64,000 bases of DNA from Myxococcota bacterium (GTDB lineage: Bacteria; Myxococcota; JACRCW01). Shown here piece after piece: positions 1-10,053 of this stretch (position 1 is its first letter; every line of letters begins with the position of its first letter). The notes under the pieces are model-generated. The model was given only the letters and a program-made list of their open reading frames with translations, had not been told where the DNA came from and searched no databases. Location of the stretch: positions 25,006 through 89,005 of the forward strand of contig JBFMGU010000006.1 in assembly GCA_040752415.1 (NCBI GenBank), in the 5' to 3' direction. Made by a program: the position numbers and the translations under genes.

Positions 1-372
1 GAGGCGCTCCAACCTGGCCCACGCACAGCTGTTGGCCGTGTCGGCGGCGCAGCTCGCGCTGTCGCTGTGCGACGCACAAGGATCCTGCACGTGACAACTT
101 CCCGCCGGGCAATCGGGACACGCTGCTTCCATCCCGGACCAGACACAGCCGTTACCGGTATCCGCTTCACAACCGCCTTCCTCGACGTGGGCAGCGCACG
201 GGTCCCGGGCATCATACGCGGCCACCAGGGCACCGGAGGACCCACCACCCGACGAGCTCGACGACGAAGTGGAACCCGATGACGAGCTGGTGCTGCTGCT
301 GCTCGACGACGATTCCGGGGTGCATCCCCACACCAGCACCGCGACCATCCACACTGGGGCTGTTGCTCTCAT
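1..372 (-). CDS. Ser-rich, Cys-rich lipoprotein (3' end runs off window)
   Basis: Hand translation: MRATAPVWMVAVLVWGC-TPESSSSSSS...DPCAAH..C..D.GNGCVW...DPCASH..SC.AD.ANSCAW. AGGAG upstream. Absent from the ORF track because it has no stop in the window. Confidence 0.75.
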   Translation of the reverse strand, partial: MRATAPVWMVAVLVWGCTPESSSSSSSTSSSSGSTSSSSSSGGGSSGALVAAYDARDPCAAHVEEGGCEADTGNGCVWSGMEAACPDCPAGSCHVQDPCASHSDSASCAADTANSCAWARLERL

Positions 373-538
373 GGCGCTCTCCTGAAGTTGGTGGCACCAG
401 TGTCCTCCGGGCCCCTGCGGTCCTCAACCCCTTTGTCGTCGAGAAAAACGCTCCGCAACGATTGCGCCTCTTCGTGGTGAATCCTTTGGGCGCGGCGCGG
501 CTCCCACCCCTGAGGAGCCTGCAGGAGGAGACACGCAC

Positions 539-886
539 ATGGTTTGGATTCGCTGGGTGGTGATTGCCGCGGTGGTTCTGGTGGCGTGGACGTTGTACGC
601 GCAGCTGAGCAGCAAGCAGTCGGCGGAGGCGCACCGCCTGGTCAGCCAGGGCGCGGTGCTGCTGGACGTGCGCACCAGGGAGGAATTCACCGCGGGCCAC
701 CTGCCGGGCGCCATCAACATCCCCGTGCAGGACCTCACGCAGCGCATGGCGGAGGTTGGCCCCGACAAGAAGAAGCCGGTGGTGGTCTATTGTCGCAGCG
801 GCAATCGCAGCGCGCGGGCGAAGCGCATGTTGACGGAGGCGGGCTACCAGCAGGTCTTTGACCTCGGGGCGATGTCCAACTGGTAG
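539..886 (+). CDS. Single-domain rhodanese-like protein with N-terminal TM/signal
   Basis: LLDVRT.EEF..GHLPGA.NIP and VVYCRSGNRS active-site loop; GGAGGAG RBS. Confidence 0.92.
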   Translation: MVWIRWVVIAAVVLVAWTLYAQLSSKQSAEAHRLVSQGAVLLDVRTREEFTAGHLPGAINIPVQDLTQRMAEVGPDKKKPVVVYCRSGNRSARAKRMLTEAGYQQVFDLGAMSNW

Positions 887-983
887 CGCCCATCATCAAC
901 CAATCCTTTACAGACACATCAAGAAAATACCGATTCTCTTGGCGCCGGCGCGTTGCTACCTCTGGGCCTGTACGGAGGTTGCC

Positions 984-2387
984 ATGCTGCGACGTTGGTT
1001 CACGGTGTTCATGTTGACGACGGGTTGTGCCGCGGGAGAGCACGCGCTTCCGGCGGATTCCACGCCCGCCTCCACGTCGGAACCGGGGCACGAGACCGGC
1101 TCCCACGTCAACCCGGTGCGCGCCACGCCGCCGACGGACCCGGGGTGCCAGGGTCAGTTCCTGGTCTCGCTGGAGGGACCCACGCTGACGCGGCTGGAGG
1201 CGGACGGCTCCACGCGCGCGTTGTTCACGCTGGGCCAGGCGGTGGGGCTCGGCGACAATGACGTCGTGGTGAACCAGTGGGAGATGCGCGGGAGCTTTGT
1301 GGCGCTGGTGGGTTTCCTGTACGCCCCGCCCGCGCCGCACCGCTACGAGTACGTGGTGCTGGACCTGGACGGGAACGTGCGGTTCCACCGCATCCAGGAG
1401 GAACCGTACAACCCGCAGGTGTACCTGGCGTCGGATGGCTCGTTGGCGGTGACGGGCGGCCAGGGCTTCGTGGTTCGCGCGGATGGCGGCGTCACGGAGC
1501 TGGGCGTGTTCCGTCCCGTCGTGGCGGCGCAGGGTGGATACGTGCTGGTGGCCAACGGAGAGCCGTGGCGTCAGGGCGCAGGCTACGGCTGGATGCACCT
1601 CGACACCCTCACGTTCTCCCCGCTCACCACGTCACCGTTCGAGTACGCCAACTTCGCACGGGTGGGTGGTCGCGTGGTCTATCCCGTCAGCCATGGCCTG
1701 GCGCTGGCCACCCCGTCGTCGACCGAGGTCATCACGGTGGGACCGGAGACCTATCTCGCCGTGGCCGCCACCACCCCCGACGAGCGCTTTGCCCTGGTGG
1801 CCTCCACGAACGACGGTCGGCTCTTCCGCCTCGACGTCAACGCGGCGCGCCTGGACGCGGTGAGCAGCGGCGGGGCGGTGGGACAGATCTGGGGCCACTG
1901 GAACGCGACGCTGGCGCCCGACGGCGCGGTGCTGACAATGGCGAAGTTGGAGGATGGGCGGCTGCAGCAGCGTCGGACGGCGGACCTGGGCACCACCTGG
2001 GTCGACGTGGGCGAGCCGATGACGCCGGGCCCGGACTTTGGCCTGGGCAGCCACCTGGTGGCGCTGGCGCGCGGGGAGCGGGTGCTCATCCTGAACCTGT
2101 CCACCGGCTACGGCGACTTCCTCGACGAGGTGCAGCTGGTCTCCCCCTCGGCACCGAGCCAGCGCGTGACGGTGGGCGGGCTGTACATCAACGCGGACAT
2201 CCACCCCGGCGCCGCGGACCTCTCCCCCGACGGCACGTGCGCGGCAACGTGGGTGCAGCGTGAGGGCACGGTGTTCGAGGAGGACGCGCTGTTCGAGCTG
2301 CACCTGGTGGACCCCACCAGCGGCACCTCGCGCGTGGTGCAGACGTCGTCACGCGTCTCGCAGCTGCGCTTCGGGATGGGGAGCTGA
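984..2387 (+). CDS. Hypothetical lipoprotein, possibly beta-propeller
   Basis: GGAGG then ATG at 984; signal ending LTTGC; beta-rich composition; GC3-biased codons. Confidence 0.7.
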   Translation: MLRRWFTVFMLTTGCAAGEHALPADSTPASTSEPGHETGSHVNPVRATPPTDPGCQGQFLVSLEGPTLTRLEADGSTRALFTLGQAVGLGDNDVVVNQWEMRGSFVALVGFLYAPPAPHRYEYVVLDLDGNVRFHRIQEEPYNPQVYLASDGSLAVTGGQGFVVRADGGVTELGVFRPVVAAQGGYVLVANGEPWRQGAGYGWMHLDTLTFSPLTTSPFEYANFARVGGRVVYPVSHGLALATPSSTEVITVGPETYLAVAATTPDERFALVASTNDGRLFRLDVNAARLDAVSSGGAVGQIWGHWNATLAPDGAVLTMAKLEDGRLQQRRTADLGTTWVDVGEPMTPGPDFGLGSHLVALARGERVLILNLSTGYGDFLDEVQLVSPSAPSQRVTVGGLYINADIHPGAADLSPDGTCAATWVQREGTVFEEDALFELHLVDPTSGTSRVVQTSSRVSQLRFGMGS

Positions 2388-2491
2388 TTCCCGCGGGCGG
2401 AGGCCTGCAGCGCGTTGGGCCGCGGCGTTTTCCTTGCGTCGCTGATGCCTGCGTCTATGCTCGTGCTCCCCGTTGCCTGTTGGTGGAGCCC

Positions 2492-3247
2492 ATGCGCGTC
2501 CCTTCCCTGCTCTCTTCCTCCAGCATCATCCTCCTCCTCACCACGCTGGCGTGCAGCGGCGGAAGCAGCTCCACGTCGTCGACGAGCTCCTCCACCGGCG
2601 GCACCAGCACCTCGTCCTCCTCTTCCAGCTCGTCGGGCAGCAGCTCCAGCTCGTCGTCGGGCGGGACGGTGGCGGAGAACGAAAGCTGCGTGAGCGACGA
2701 GGGCGAGGAGCTGGAGTGCGAGGACGGCCTCATCTGCGTCACCGTCTCCGACGAGAACGACACCCTCCTCTACGGCGCGTGCAAGACCCCGTGTGAGAGC
2801 GACGCCGACTGCGGCAGCCGCACCTGCGCGCTGGGCTTCCTCTCCGACGGCAGTGGCGTGTGCGGCAACCTGCACGGCCCGGGCGAGACCGGCTGTGAGT
2901 TCTGGGAGGAGGGCGACGACTTCTGCTTCAACCCCGACTTCACCGAGGGTCCGGACACCGCGTACATCGAGTGTCTCAACGGGACATGCGGCTACGTGTG
3001 CAACGCGGAAGGCGCCACGGACCCGGCCCTCACCTGCCCGACGGGACAGACCTGCGGCACCACCTTCCAGAGCTACGACGGATATGAGTCCGCGCTCGCG
3101 GTGTGTGAGACGGGCGGCGCCAGCTCGTCGTCGTCTTCCTCCTCCTCGAGCTCCTCCTCCAGCTCGACGGGCGGAGCGGGCACCTCCAGCACCTCCAGCA
3201 GCGGCGGCACTTCCAGCAGCACCGCGTCCTCCACCGGCGGACCGTAG
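2492..3247 (+). CDS. Lipoprotein with Cys-rich core flanked by two poly-Ser/Thr/Gly tracts
   Basis: Lipobox TLAC, Ser runs at both ends, many Cys in the core. Confidence 0.8.
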   Translation: MRVPSLLSSSSIILLLTTLACSGGSSSTSSTSSSTGGTSTSSSSSSSSGSSSSSSSGGTVAENESCVSDEGEELECEDGLICVTVSDENDTLLYGACKTPCESDADCGSRTCALGFLSDGSGVCGNLHGPGETGCEFWEEGDDFCFNPDFTEGPDTAYIECLNGTCGYVCNAEGATDPALTCPTGQTCGTTFQSYDGYESALAVCETGGASSSSSSSSSSSSSSSTGGAGTSSTSSSGGTSSSTASSTGGP

Positions 3248-3262
3248 TCGCGGGTCCCGCCG

Positions 3263-4006
3263 GTGCAGGTCTACGACGAGATCGGCTCGGGCTACGCGCC
3301 CGTCCGGCGTGCCGACCCGCGCATCCGCCAGGCCATCACCGACGGGCTGGGAACCGCTTCCCGGGTGGTGAACGTGGGGGCCGGCCCTGGCTCCTACGAG
3401 CCGCGGGACCGACGCGTCGTTGCCGTGGAACCCTCGTGGGACATGATCCGCCAGCGTCCCGCGCATGCGTCTCCGTGCATCCGCGCCGCCGCCGAAGCGC
3501 TCCCCTTCCCCGACGACACCTTCGACGCCGCGCTCGCGGTGCTGACCATCCACCACTGGTCCAACCTGCGGCACGGGCTGCGCGAGATGCGTCGCGTGGC
3601 GCCCCGGCGGGTGGTGCTCTTCACGTGGGACCCCGCGTACGCAAACGCCATCTGGATGAACACGCACTACCTGCCGGAGGCCGCGGCGCTGGACGTGCGT
3701 CGTTTTCCGACGATGGAGGCCATCACCCACGCATTGCCCGGCGCACGCGTGGACGTGGTTCCCATTCCGCATGACTGCACCGACGGCTTCTACGGCGCGT
3801 ATTGGCGGAGACCGGAGGCGTACCTGCAACCGGAAGTCCGCGCGGGCATCTCGGTGCTGCGGATGCTGCCGAATGACGTCGTGGCGGCGGGACTCAAGCG
3901 GCTTGCGGATGACCTGCGTTCCGGGGCGTGGCACGCGCGCCTGGGGGCGCTCCTGCAGCGGGAGACGTTGGATCTGGGTTATCGCCTGGTCGTCGTCGGG
4001 CAGTGA
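3263..4006 (+). CDS. Class I SAM-dependent methyltransferase
   Basis: VVNVGAGPGSY motif I; AEALPFPDDTFDAA; TIHHW. Confidence 0.9.
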   Translation: MQVYDEIGSGYAPVRRADPRIRQAITDGLGTASRVVNVGAGPGSYEPRDRRVVAVEPSWDMIRQRPAHASPCIRAAAEALPFPDDTFDAALAVLTIHHWSNLRHGLREMRRVAPRRVVLFTWDPAYANAIWMNTHYLPEAAALDVRRFPTMEAITHALPGARVDVVPIPHDCTDGFYGAYWRRPEAYLQPEVRAGISVLRMLPNDVVAAGLKRLADDLRSGAWHARLGALLQRETLDLGYRLVVVGQ

Positions 4007-4117
4007 CGCATGCCGAGCGGGAACCGGGCACGCCGGCAAGTGTCCAAGGCGCGTGGTGGTGTGTCCCAGCCAGCGGGACTACGAAGTTACTTCACGTTTG
4101 CGCGCGGGAGGCGGTGG

Positions 4118-5221
4118 ATGCGGAATGGGTTGCGGTGGCAGGTCGCCGCCATGCTGGTGGTCGCGACGTCGTGTGGCTCAAGCAAGGACGCCCGGAGGGG
4201 AGGCTCCGACGAGAAATGGGTGGAGGTGAGCGAGATCATCCGCATGCTGGAGCAGTCGCCCGTCGCCTACCAGATCGCCGACCTCGACAAGGTTCCGGAC
4301 ATCGACCCCAAGCGCCTCGCGGAAGCGCAGTGGCCGCAGCTCATCGAGCCGGTGTCATTCCCGAAGCTCGACGCCAACGGACAGGTGGTCCCCTATGAGA
4401 TGGAGCGCGGCTGCCTGGACCTCTTGAGCGCGGCGGAGCCGCTGTTCGAGAAGAAGGACTACGCGGAGGCACGCAAGCACTACGAAGCGGCACGCGCGCA
4501 GTATCCCGGTTGCTACATGGCCACCGTCTACCTCGGCGACGCGACCCTCTTCGGCGGCGACCCGGTTGCGGCGGAGAAGCTCTACCTCGAGGTCATCGAG
4601 AAGAACCCGGTGGACTACCGGGGTCATTTCTTCCGCGCCTCGGCGCTGCTCGCGCAGGAGCGCGTCGACGAGGCCATCGAATCGTACTCCTGGGCCCTGA
4701 CGCTGCGCCCACGTCACGAGTCCATCCTGACGGCGCTCCACAACAACGCCCGGCACATCGGCGCCACCGTCCACGACCAGCCCTTCGCGCTGCGCGCGCT
4801 GGCACGGAAGGAGAAGGATGGCTTTGGCATCTTCTTCGACGCGGACAAGCCCTATTGGCTCTCCTACGCCGCAGTGAAGGCCGCGTGGATGGGCGAGCCG
4901 GAGGTGCGACGGCGGATGGGCGCGAATCCGGAGCGCTACGTGGGGTGGTCATCCGACGAGGAACGGCACGCGCTGCTCTCCCTGCTGGCCACCTACCTCT
5001 ACATGCGCTCCGAGGGGAAAGTTGAGCGCGACGACGAGCTGGAGCGCCTGCACAACATCGGCCGCGCCAAGTTGCTGACCGGCTTCATCCTCTACGAGGT
5101 GGCCTCCCGCATGCACCCGCATCTCATCCTGACGCTGCCCAAGGCGGTGCAACAGCAGGTGCAGGACTACGTGAAGCGGTTCATCATGGGAGTCGGGCCA
5201 CGCGAGATCATTCCCTCCTGA
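4118..5221 (+). CDS. Tetratricopeptide-repeat lipoprotein
   Basis: Signal ending ATSC; TPR-like helices (A..LFEKKDY.EA..HY..A; A.ESY..AL.L.P); start uncertain. Confidence 0.75.
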   Translation: MRNGLRWQVAAMLVVATSCGSSKDARRGGSDEKWVEVSEIIRMLEQSPVAYQIADLDKVPDIDPKRLAEAQWPQLIEPVSFPKLDANGQVVPYEMERGCLDLLSAAEPLFEKKDYAEARKHYEAARAQYPGCYMATVYLGDATLFGGDPVAAEKLYLEVIEKNPVDYRGHFFRASALLAQERVDEAIESYSWALTLRPRHESILTALHNNARHIGATVHDQPFALRALARKEKDGFGIFFDADKPYWLSYAAVKAAWMGEPEVRRRMGANPERYVGWSSDEERHALLSLLATYLYMRSEGKVERDDELERLHNIGRAKLLTGFILYEVASRMHPHLILTLPKAVQQQVQDYVKRFIMGVGPREIIPS

Positions 5222-5266
5222 CGTCGGACTGTGTCGGTTTGTCCGTGTCAGCGAAGGCCGGCGAAC

Positions 5267-5520
5267 AGGGGCTGCGTCAAGAGAAATTGCCCATCTGGTC
5301 CTGACCGCCTCCAGCGGACCACGACCTGGAGTGCGGCGGGCCCTCGCCGCCCTGGTCAGCGGTGAGCGGTTTGGACAACCGTCAAGGATCCAAGCGCCTC
5401 GCCCGACGTCATTCAGCCCCAGGGCTGTTAGGCCCGTTGTGAACGCGCTCGGCGCCGACCAGGGCGGCGCGGGCCCGCCGCACTCCAGGTCGTGGTCCGC
5501 TCACGACGTCTGCAACCCCA
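5267..5520. repeat. Palindromic REPIN/MITE-like element, copy 1 (right end eroded)
   Basis: AGCGGACCACGACCTGGAGTGCGGCGGGCCCTCGCCGCCCTGGTC and its reverse complement ending about 5501; homologous to 52883-53177. Confidence 0.8.
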
Positions 5521-5715
5521 CCGGGCCATTGCTCCAACACGGACGACGTCAACGCGCACCTCCCCCGGCTCATTCCGCCGCGCGCAGGCGGCCGTCATGC
5601 GCCACGCGGAGCCAGATGCTCACACGTTTCCCGGCGTGAACGCGTGGTCACACCGTCGGGAAAACTTGTGCGGCGCGTCCCCGTCGATGTCTCCTGCGTG
5701 GGCAAGGAGTGATCC

Positions 5716-6228
5716 ATGTGGCTGGCCGTGGGCATGATCGGGATGGTGCTGGGCGCGCAGGTGGAGACGCCGCGTGACGACGCGCGGGCGCTGGTGTGGA
5801 CCTTTGAGGTGCAGGACGGCGTGGACAGCGCGCTGGCGCCGTTGCTCACCGACGCGCTGGTGGTGGCGCTCCGTCGCAGCGGTGAGTTCTCCATGGTGCA
5901 CAGCAGCGCGGACGTGCAGGACATCCTGCAGCGCACGCCGGCGGAGCGCCTGGGTCAATGCACCGCGTGCCTGGCCTCCGTGCAGCGACTGCTGGCGGTT
6001 TCCCACGTCGTGGTGGGGCGGATCACGCGGGTGGGCGGACAGCTGGCGGTGAGCGTGAAGCTGGTGGACACCGAGGGAGCGCGCGTGATGGCCAGCGTGC
6101 TGCAGTTGGTCCCGGACCCCAATGAAGCGGCGCTGCTGCGACTCATGGACGTGTTGGCTTCACGCCTGCTCATGACGCTGGCGCAGCAGGACCTGCAGGA
6201 CGCCGTGGCGGAAGCAACCGCGCCGTGA
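5716..6228 (+). CDS. Exported CsgG/FlgO-like alpha/beta domain protein
   Basis: Signal peptide; LTDAL...L.RSG.F, C..C, VVVG.I.RVG..L.VS..L.D pattern; AAGGAG RBS. Confidence 0.65.
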   Translation: MWLAVGMIGMVLGAQVETPRDDARALVWTFEVQDGVDSALAPLLTDALVVALRRSGEFSMVHSSADVQDILQRTPAERLGQCTACLASVQRLLAVSHVVVGRITRVGGQLAVSVKLVDTEGARVMASVLQLVPDPNEAALLRLMDVLASRLLMTLAQQDLQDAVAEATAP

Positions 6229-6232
6229 GGCG

Positions 6233-6757
6233 TCAGTCCCGTCGGGAACGGATCTCGTCCAGCACTGCGCTGAGCTGAGCCGCTCCGAGCAGTCGCTCCG
6301 CCGATGGGAAGATCACGTTCTCCTCCAGGACCAGATGCGCCTCCAGGTGTTGCGCCAGCGCGGCCGCGCCCTCCGCCAGCTCCGCGGCGAGCACATCCCA
6401 TTCCCGCGGGTCATGGGCGAGGCGCTGCCAGCGCGGAAGCAAGGCGGCCAGCATGGCATCCTGCTCCGCGTGCTCCCGGCGCATGCGCTCCAGCGCGGCG
6501 GTGACGTCGTCTGGCGCGCCGGCGGCGAGGATGCGCGGGAGGAGCGACTCGTCCTCGTCGCGCGCGTGGGCGGGCAGGGAGCGGGAGAAGTAGCGGACCA
6601 GCTGTTGCGCCGCTTCCACGCGCTGTTCCGTTGGCGCATCCCGCGTGGTGGCGAGCCGCTGCGCCAGCGCGGTGTGGTGACGGATGCGGACGTGGCACGC
6701 GAGCAGGCTGGCCACGGGCCCCTCGTTTCCTCGCGGTGCGCCAATGCGGACGAGCAT
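6233..6757 (-). CDS. Hemerythrin/HHE cation-binding domain protein
   Basis: L.ACH..I, H..DEDESL.P, EH, H...EE..IFP motifs. Confidence 0.85.
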   Translation of the reverse strand: MLVRIGAPRGNEGPVASLLACHVRIRHHTALAQRLATTRDAPTEQRVEAAQQLVRYFSRSLPAHARDEDESLLPRILAAGAPDDVTAALERMRREHAEQDAMLAALLPRWQRLAHDPREWDVLAAELAEGAAALAQHLEAHLVLEENVIFPSAERLLGAAQLSAVLDEIRSRRD

Positions 6758-6834
6758 GTGGGGATGAAGCGGTGCGGCGCCGGCCCTGTCAAGCGTGACC
6801 GCCCCTTGAGCACTCCCCCCTCCACCACGAGAAT

Positions 6835-7707
6835 GTGCACGTGCCGTCACGCCTCGCCATCCTGCTGACGCTCCTGCTCGCGGCTTCCCCCGCCGCCGGA
6901 TCGACGACGTCAGCGCGCAGCATCGGCGTGCTGGCCCTGCAGGTGCATCCCGGCATTGCCAGCGCGGAGGTGCAGGCCGCCAGCGCCGCACTGGTGACGA
7001 CACTGCAGGGAAGCACCGCCATCTCCCGCGTGCTCTCCCCGTCGGAGATCGAGGTGGTGGTCCGTCCGGAGGTCCAGGTCGACCTGCAGCAGTGCACCGA
7101 CCCCGCGTGCATCCTTGCCGTGGCGGGCGGGCTGGGCGGTGACTTCGCGTTGCTGGGGCTGGACCTGCTGATGATGGGGGACATGAAACGCGCGCTCAAT
7201 GACGTCGTCGTCGAGGTGCGCGTGGTGGACCTGCGCACCGGTCAGACCGTGGGGGGAGGACATGGGCAGTCGGAGTCCGCGGCGTCGGCGGCCACCCTGA
7301 GCGCCAACATGGTGCTGGGTGCGCTGGGCGACGCGCGCGAGGTGTCCGCGGCCCCCACCCCCGCGCCCACGACGAGCAACACCGCGCCACCGCCTGCCTC
7401 TTCGTCGGAGACCGGGGTTTCCCCGCTAACGGTTGCGGGAGGCTCGCTGCTGGCGGTGGGGGTGTTGGCGCTGGTGGCGAGCCTTCCCGCGGCGGCCGGA
7501 GCCATCTCCGCGGTGGTGGCACTCTCCCGCGGCGCGGTGGTGGGCGCCCTTCCCACGCCAATGCTGACGCGCACCTCGCGCTACGTGGCGCTGCGCGTTC
7601 CTCCCGTGATGCTGGCAATCACCGGCGGCGTGCTCGCGCTGCTCGGTGTCGTCGGAGTCTCGCTGGGCATGGCGCTCCTGGGCGGCGCGTTGGCCACCGA
7701 CGGGTAG
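6835..7707 (+). CDS. Exported CsgG-like domain protein with C-terminal TM helices
   Basis: Signal peptide; CTDPACILAVAGGLG; C-terminal hydrophobic segments. Confidence 0.65.
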   Translation: MHVPSRLAILLTLLLAASPAAGSTTSARSIGVLALQVHPGIASAEVQAASAALVTTLQGSTAISRVLSPSEIEVVVRPEVQVDLQQCTDPACILAVAGGLGGDFALLGLDLLMMGDMKRALNDVVVEVRVVDLRTGQTVGGGHGQSESAASAATLSANMVLGALGDAREVSAAPTPAPTTSNTAPPPASSSETGVSPLTVAGGSLLAVGVLALVASLPAAAGAISAVVALSRGAVVGALPTPMLTRTSRYVALRVPPVMLAITGGVLALLGVVGVSLGMALLGGALATDG

Positions 7708-7735
7708 GACGAGCAAGCGGGATCCAGGGTTGACC

Positions 7736-7757
7736 CCTTACTGATTAGTAAGTAAGG
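7736..7757. promoter_or_regulatory. Putative TetR operator CCTTAC-N10-GTAAGG
   Basis: AT-rich inverted repeat right after TTGACC (-35-like) and before the TetR gene; same motif recurs at 8355-8376. Confidence 0.75.
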
Positions 7758-7765
7758 TGCTGGCC

Positions 7766-8332
7766 ATGTCCGCCAAGCCCGACACGCGCGAGGAGATCCT
7801 GAAGACCGCCAGCAACATGCTGCAGCTGCGCGGCTTCAACGGCTTCAGCTACGGGCACATTGCCGAGGTGCTGGGCGTGAAGGCGGCCGCGGTCCACTAC
7901 CACTTCCCCTCCAAGACGGACCTGGGGCTGGCGCTGATTGCCCGCTACCGCGAGCGCTACGGCCGGTGGATGAAGGACGCGCAGGGGCTCTCCGCGCGGG
8001 AGCGCCTGGAGGGCTACATCACCATCTACTCACGCTTCCTGCAGGAGGGCGCCAAGGCGTGCCCGGCGGGCGTGCTGCAGGCGGAATACCAGGCCATCCC
8101 CGAGGAGATGCAGCGCGAGACCCGGCGCATGGTGCAGGAGATCCACCGCTGGCTCACCGACGTCCTGGAGGATGGACGCCGCAAGAGCGAGTTCGCGTTC
8201 AACGGGGACGGTTCCGACAAGGCCACGGTGGTGATGGCCACGTTGCAGGGGGCGCTGCAGGGGGCGCGCGCGCTGGGCAAGGAGTGCTTCCAGGCCGCGG
8301 TGCGACAGCTCAAGAAGGACCTGGGGGTGTGA
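7766..8332 (+). CDS. TetR/AcrR-family transcriptional regulator
   Basis: GFNGFSY..IAEVLGV..AAVHYHFPSKTDL HTH. Confidence 0.93.
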   Translation: MSAKPDTREEILKTASNMLQLRGFNGFSYGHIAEVLGVKAAAVHYHFPSKTDLGLALIARYRERYGRWMKDAQGLSARERLEGYITIYSRFLQEGAKACPAGVLQAEYQAIPEEMQRETRRMVQEIHRWLTDVLEDGRRKSEFAFNGDGSDKATVVMATLQGALQGARALGKECFQAAVRQLKKDLGV

Positions 8333-8345
8333 CTCCCTTTTTTTT
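8323..8345 (+). terminator. Weak intrinsic terminator overlapping TetR stop
   Basis: GGGGG-TGTGA-CTCCC followed by T8. Confidence 0.4.
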
Positions 8346-8354
8346 GGCCCGCGT

Positions 8355-8376
8355 CCTTACTTATCAGAAAGTAAGG
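8355..8376. promoter_or_regulatory. Second putative TetR operator CCTTAC-N10-GTAAGG
   Basis: Same palindromic half-sites and spacing as 7736-7757, upstream of the hydrolase RBS. Confidence 0.75.
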
Positions 8377-8394
8377 ATGCCCGAGGAGGACGCC

Positions 8395-9324
8395 ATGTTG
8401 GAGACGCAACGGGGGGCGACGACGGGCAAGCGCAGCACACCGGTGGTGAACCCGCTGGCCATGCGCGTGGCGCAGGCGGCGTTTGGCGGTCTGGGGGAGC
8501 TGGCCCCCGACGTCATGTCGCGGCTGGCCTACAAGCTCTACTTCACGCCCCGCCGCTTCCGACGTCCGGAGACGGAGGCCGCCTACCTCCGCAAGGCCGA
8601 GCGTTTCTCGGTTTCCACGTCGGTGGGCGAGGTGGCGGCGTACGCGTGGACACCGCAAGGCGCGTATCCCTGGGACTCCCGCGCCACGGTGCGCAACGTG
8701 CTGCTGGTGCACGGCTGGGAAGGTCGCGGCACGCAGTTGGGCGCGTTCATCGAGCCGCTGCGCGCGCGCGGGTGTCGCGTGGTGGCCTTTGATGCGCCGG
8801 CGCACGGCCACTCCGAGGGGGAGCGCTCCAACGTGCTGCAGTTCGTGGAGGCGATCCACGCCGTCACGCGCATGGTGGGCCCGCTCAGCGGCGTGGTGGC
8901 GCACTCCATGGGCGGGGCAAGCCTCACGCTGGCCATGGCGGAGGGACTGCCGGTGGACCGCGCGGTGCTGGTGGCCTCGCCCTGCTACCTGGACAACGTG
9001 ATGCGCAACTTCGTGCGGATGCTGCATCTCACGCCGGAGACGGAGCGGCGGCTGCGGCGCATGGTGGAAGCGGACTTTGGCGCGGATGTCTGGCAACGCC
9101 TCTCCGTCCCCAGCCTGGCGCACGCGCTGCAGACCCCCGCCCTCATCATCCACGACGAGGACGACGGCGAGGTTGCCTTCAGCGAGGGGCTGGCGGTGCA
9201 CCAGAGCTGGTCGGGCAGCCGCCTGCATGTCACGCGTGGGCTGGGCCACCGTCGCGTGCTCAAGGACGGCCTGGTCATTGACGAGGTGGTGGGATTCCTC
9301 ATGGGAGAGCGGGACGGGGCGTGA
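8395..9324 (+). CDS. Alpha/beta-fold hydrolase
   Basis: LLVHGWEG, AHSMGG nucleophile elbow, HDEDD, GLGH; GAGGAGG RBS. Confidence 0.9.
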   Translation: MLETQRGATTGKRSTPVVNPLAMRVAQAAFGGLGELAPDVMSRLAYKLYFTPRRFRRPETEAAYLRKAERFSVSTSVGEVAAYAWTPQGAYPWDSRATVRNVLLVHGWEGRGTQLGAFIEPLRARGCRVVAFDAPAHGHSEGERSNVLQFVEAIHAVTRMVGPLSGVVAHSMGGASLTLAMAEGLPVDRAVLVASPCYLDNVMRNFVRMLHLTPETERRLRRMVEADFGADVWQRLSVPSLAHALQTPALIIHDEDDGEVAFSEGLAVHQSWSGSRLHVTRGLGHRRVLKDGLVIDEVVGFLMGERDGA

Positions 9325-9928
9325 CCTGCGCGGGCGTCACCAGGATGTTCCCGCTCCGGTAGCGCCGCGCGTGGTGCGGGACGCCGCCGGGCACGTCGAC
9401 GAAACAGATGGGCTGGGAGCGGTTCTGCCGGTCCACCACCTCGAAGTGCAGGTGCGGCTCCCACGACCAGCCCGTGTTGCCCGAGAGCGCGAGCACCTCC
9501 CCCTGCTTCACCGCGCGGCCCACGCGCACGCGCGCGCTGTGCGGAGCCAGGTGCTGGTACACCGAGAAGCGTCCGGTCCCGTGGCGCACCACCACGACGT
9601 TGGCGCGCTCCGCCAGCCGACGGTCCGGACCGCCCTGCGTGTGATGATCCGTCACGCGCACCACCACCCCGTCGGCGGCGGCGGTGACCGGGCTGCCCGG
9701 CGGCATGCGGAAATCCCAGGCGTACAGGTCATCATCCAGGTGGCTGAACGCGCCGCGGTTGGCCTGCATCACCTGGTGCTCCACGCCGGCCGGGAAGGGG
9801 AGTCGCCAGGGCACGTCGTCATGCGCGCAGTGACCCTGGCGCCACGGCGCATCCATCCGTGCCGCGGGATGGGAGCGGCATCCCAGCAGCGTCACCATGA
9901 GCAGCACCACCCGCGGACCCACGCGCAT
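9299..9928 (-). CDS. M23-family metallopeptidase lipoprotein
   Basis: LLGC lipobox; H....YAWDF.MP.G.PV.AAADG; YQHL; SGNTGWS..PHLHF. Confidence 0.88.
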   Translation of the reverse strand: MRVGPRVVLLMVTLLGCRSHPAARMDAPWRQGHCAHDDVPWRLPFPAGVEHQVMQANRGAFSHLDDDLYAWDFRMPPGSPVTAAADGVVVRVTDHHTQGGPDRRLAERANVVVVRHGTGRFSVYQHLAPHSARVRVGRAVKQGEVLALSGNTGWSWEPHLHFEVVDRQNRSQPICFVDVPGGVPHHARRYRSGNILVTPAQVTPRPALP

Positions 9929-10053
9929 GGCCCTGCTGTAGCGGGCCGCCCCGTTCCCGACGACAGCGACGTTCGTGCCCACCGTTGTCGACGGGGAACG
10001 GGCCACTTGCTCCGCCCGCCTCCGGGGTTATCCCCTCGGTGGCGAGGTGGGTC

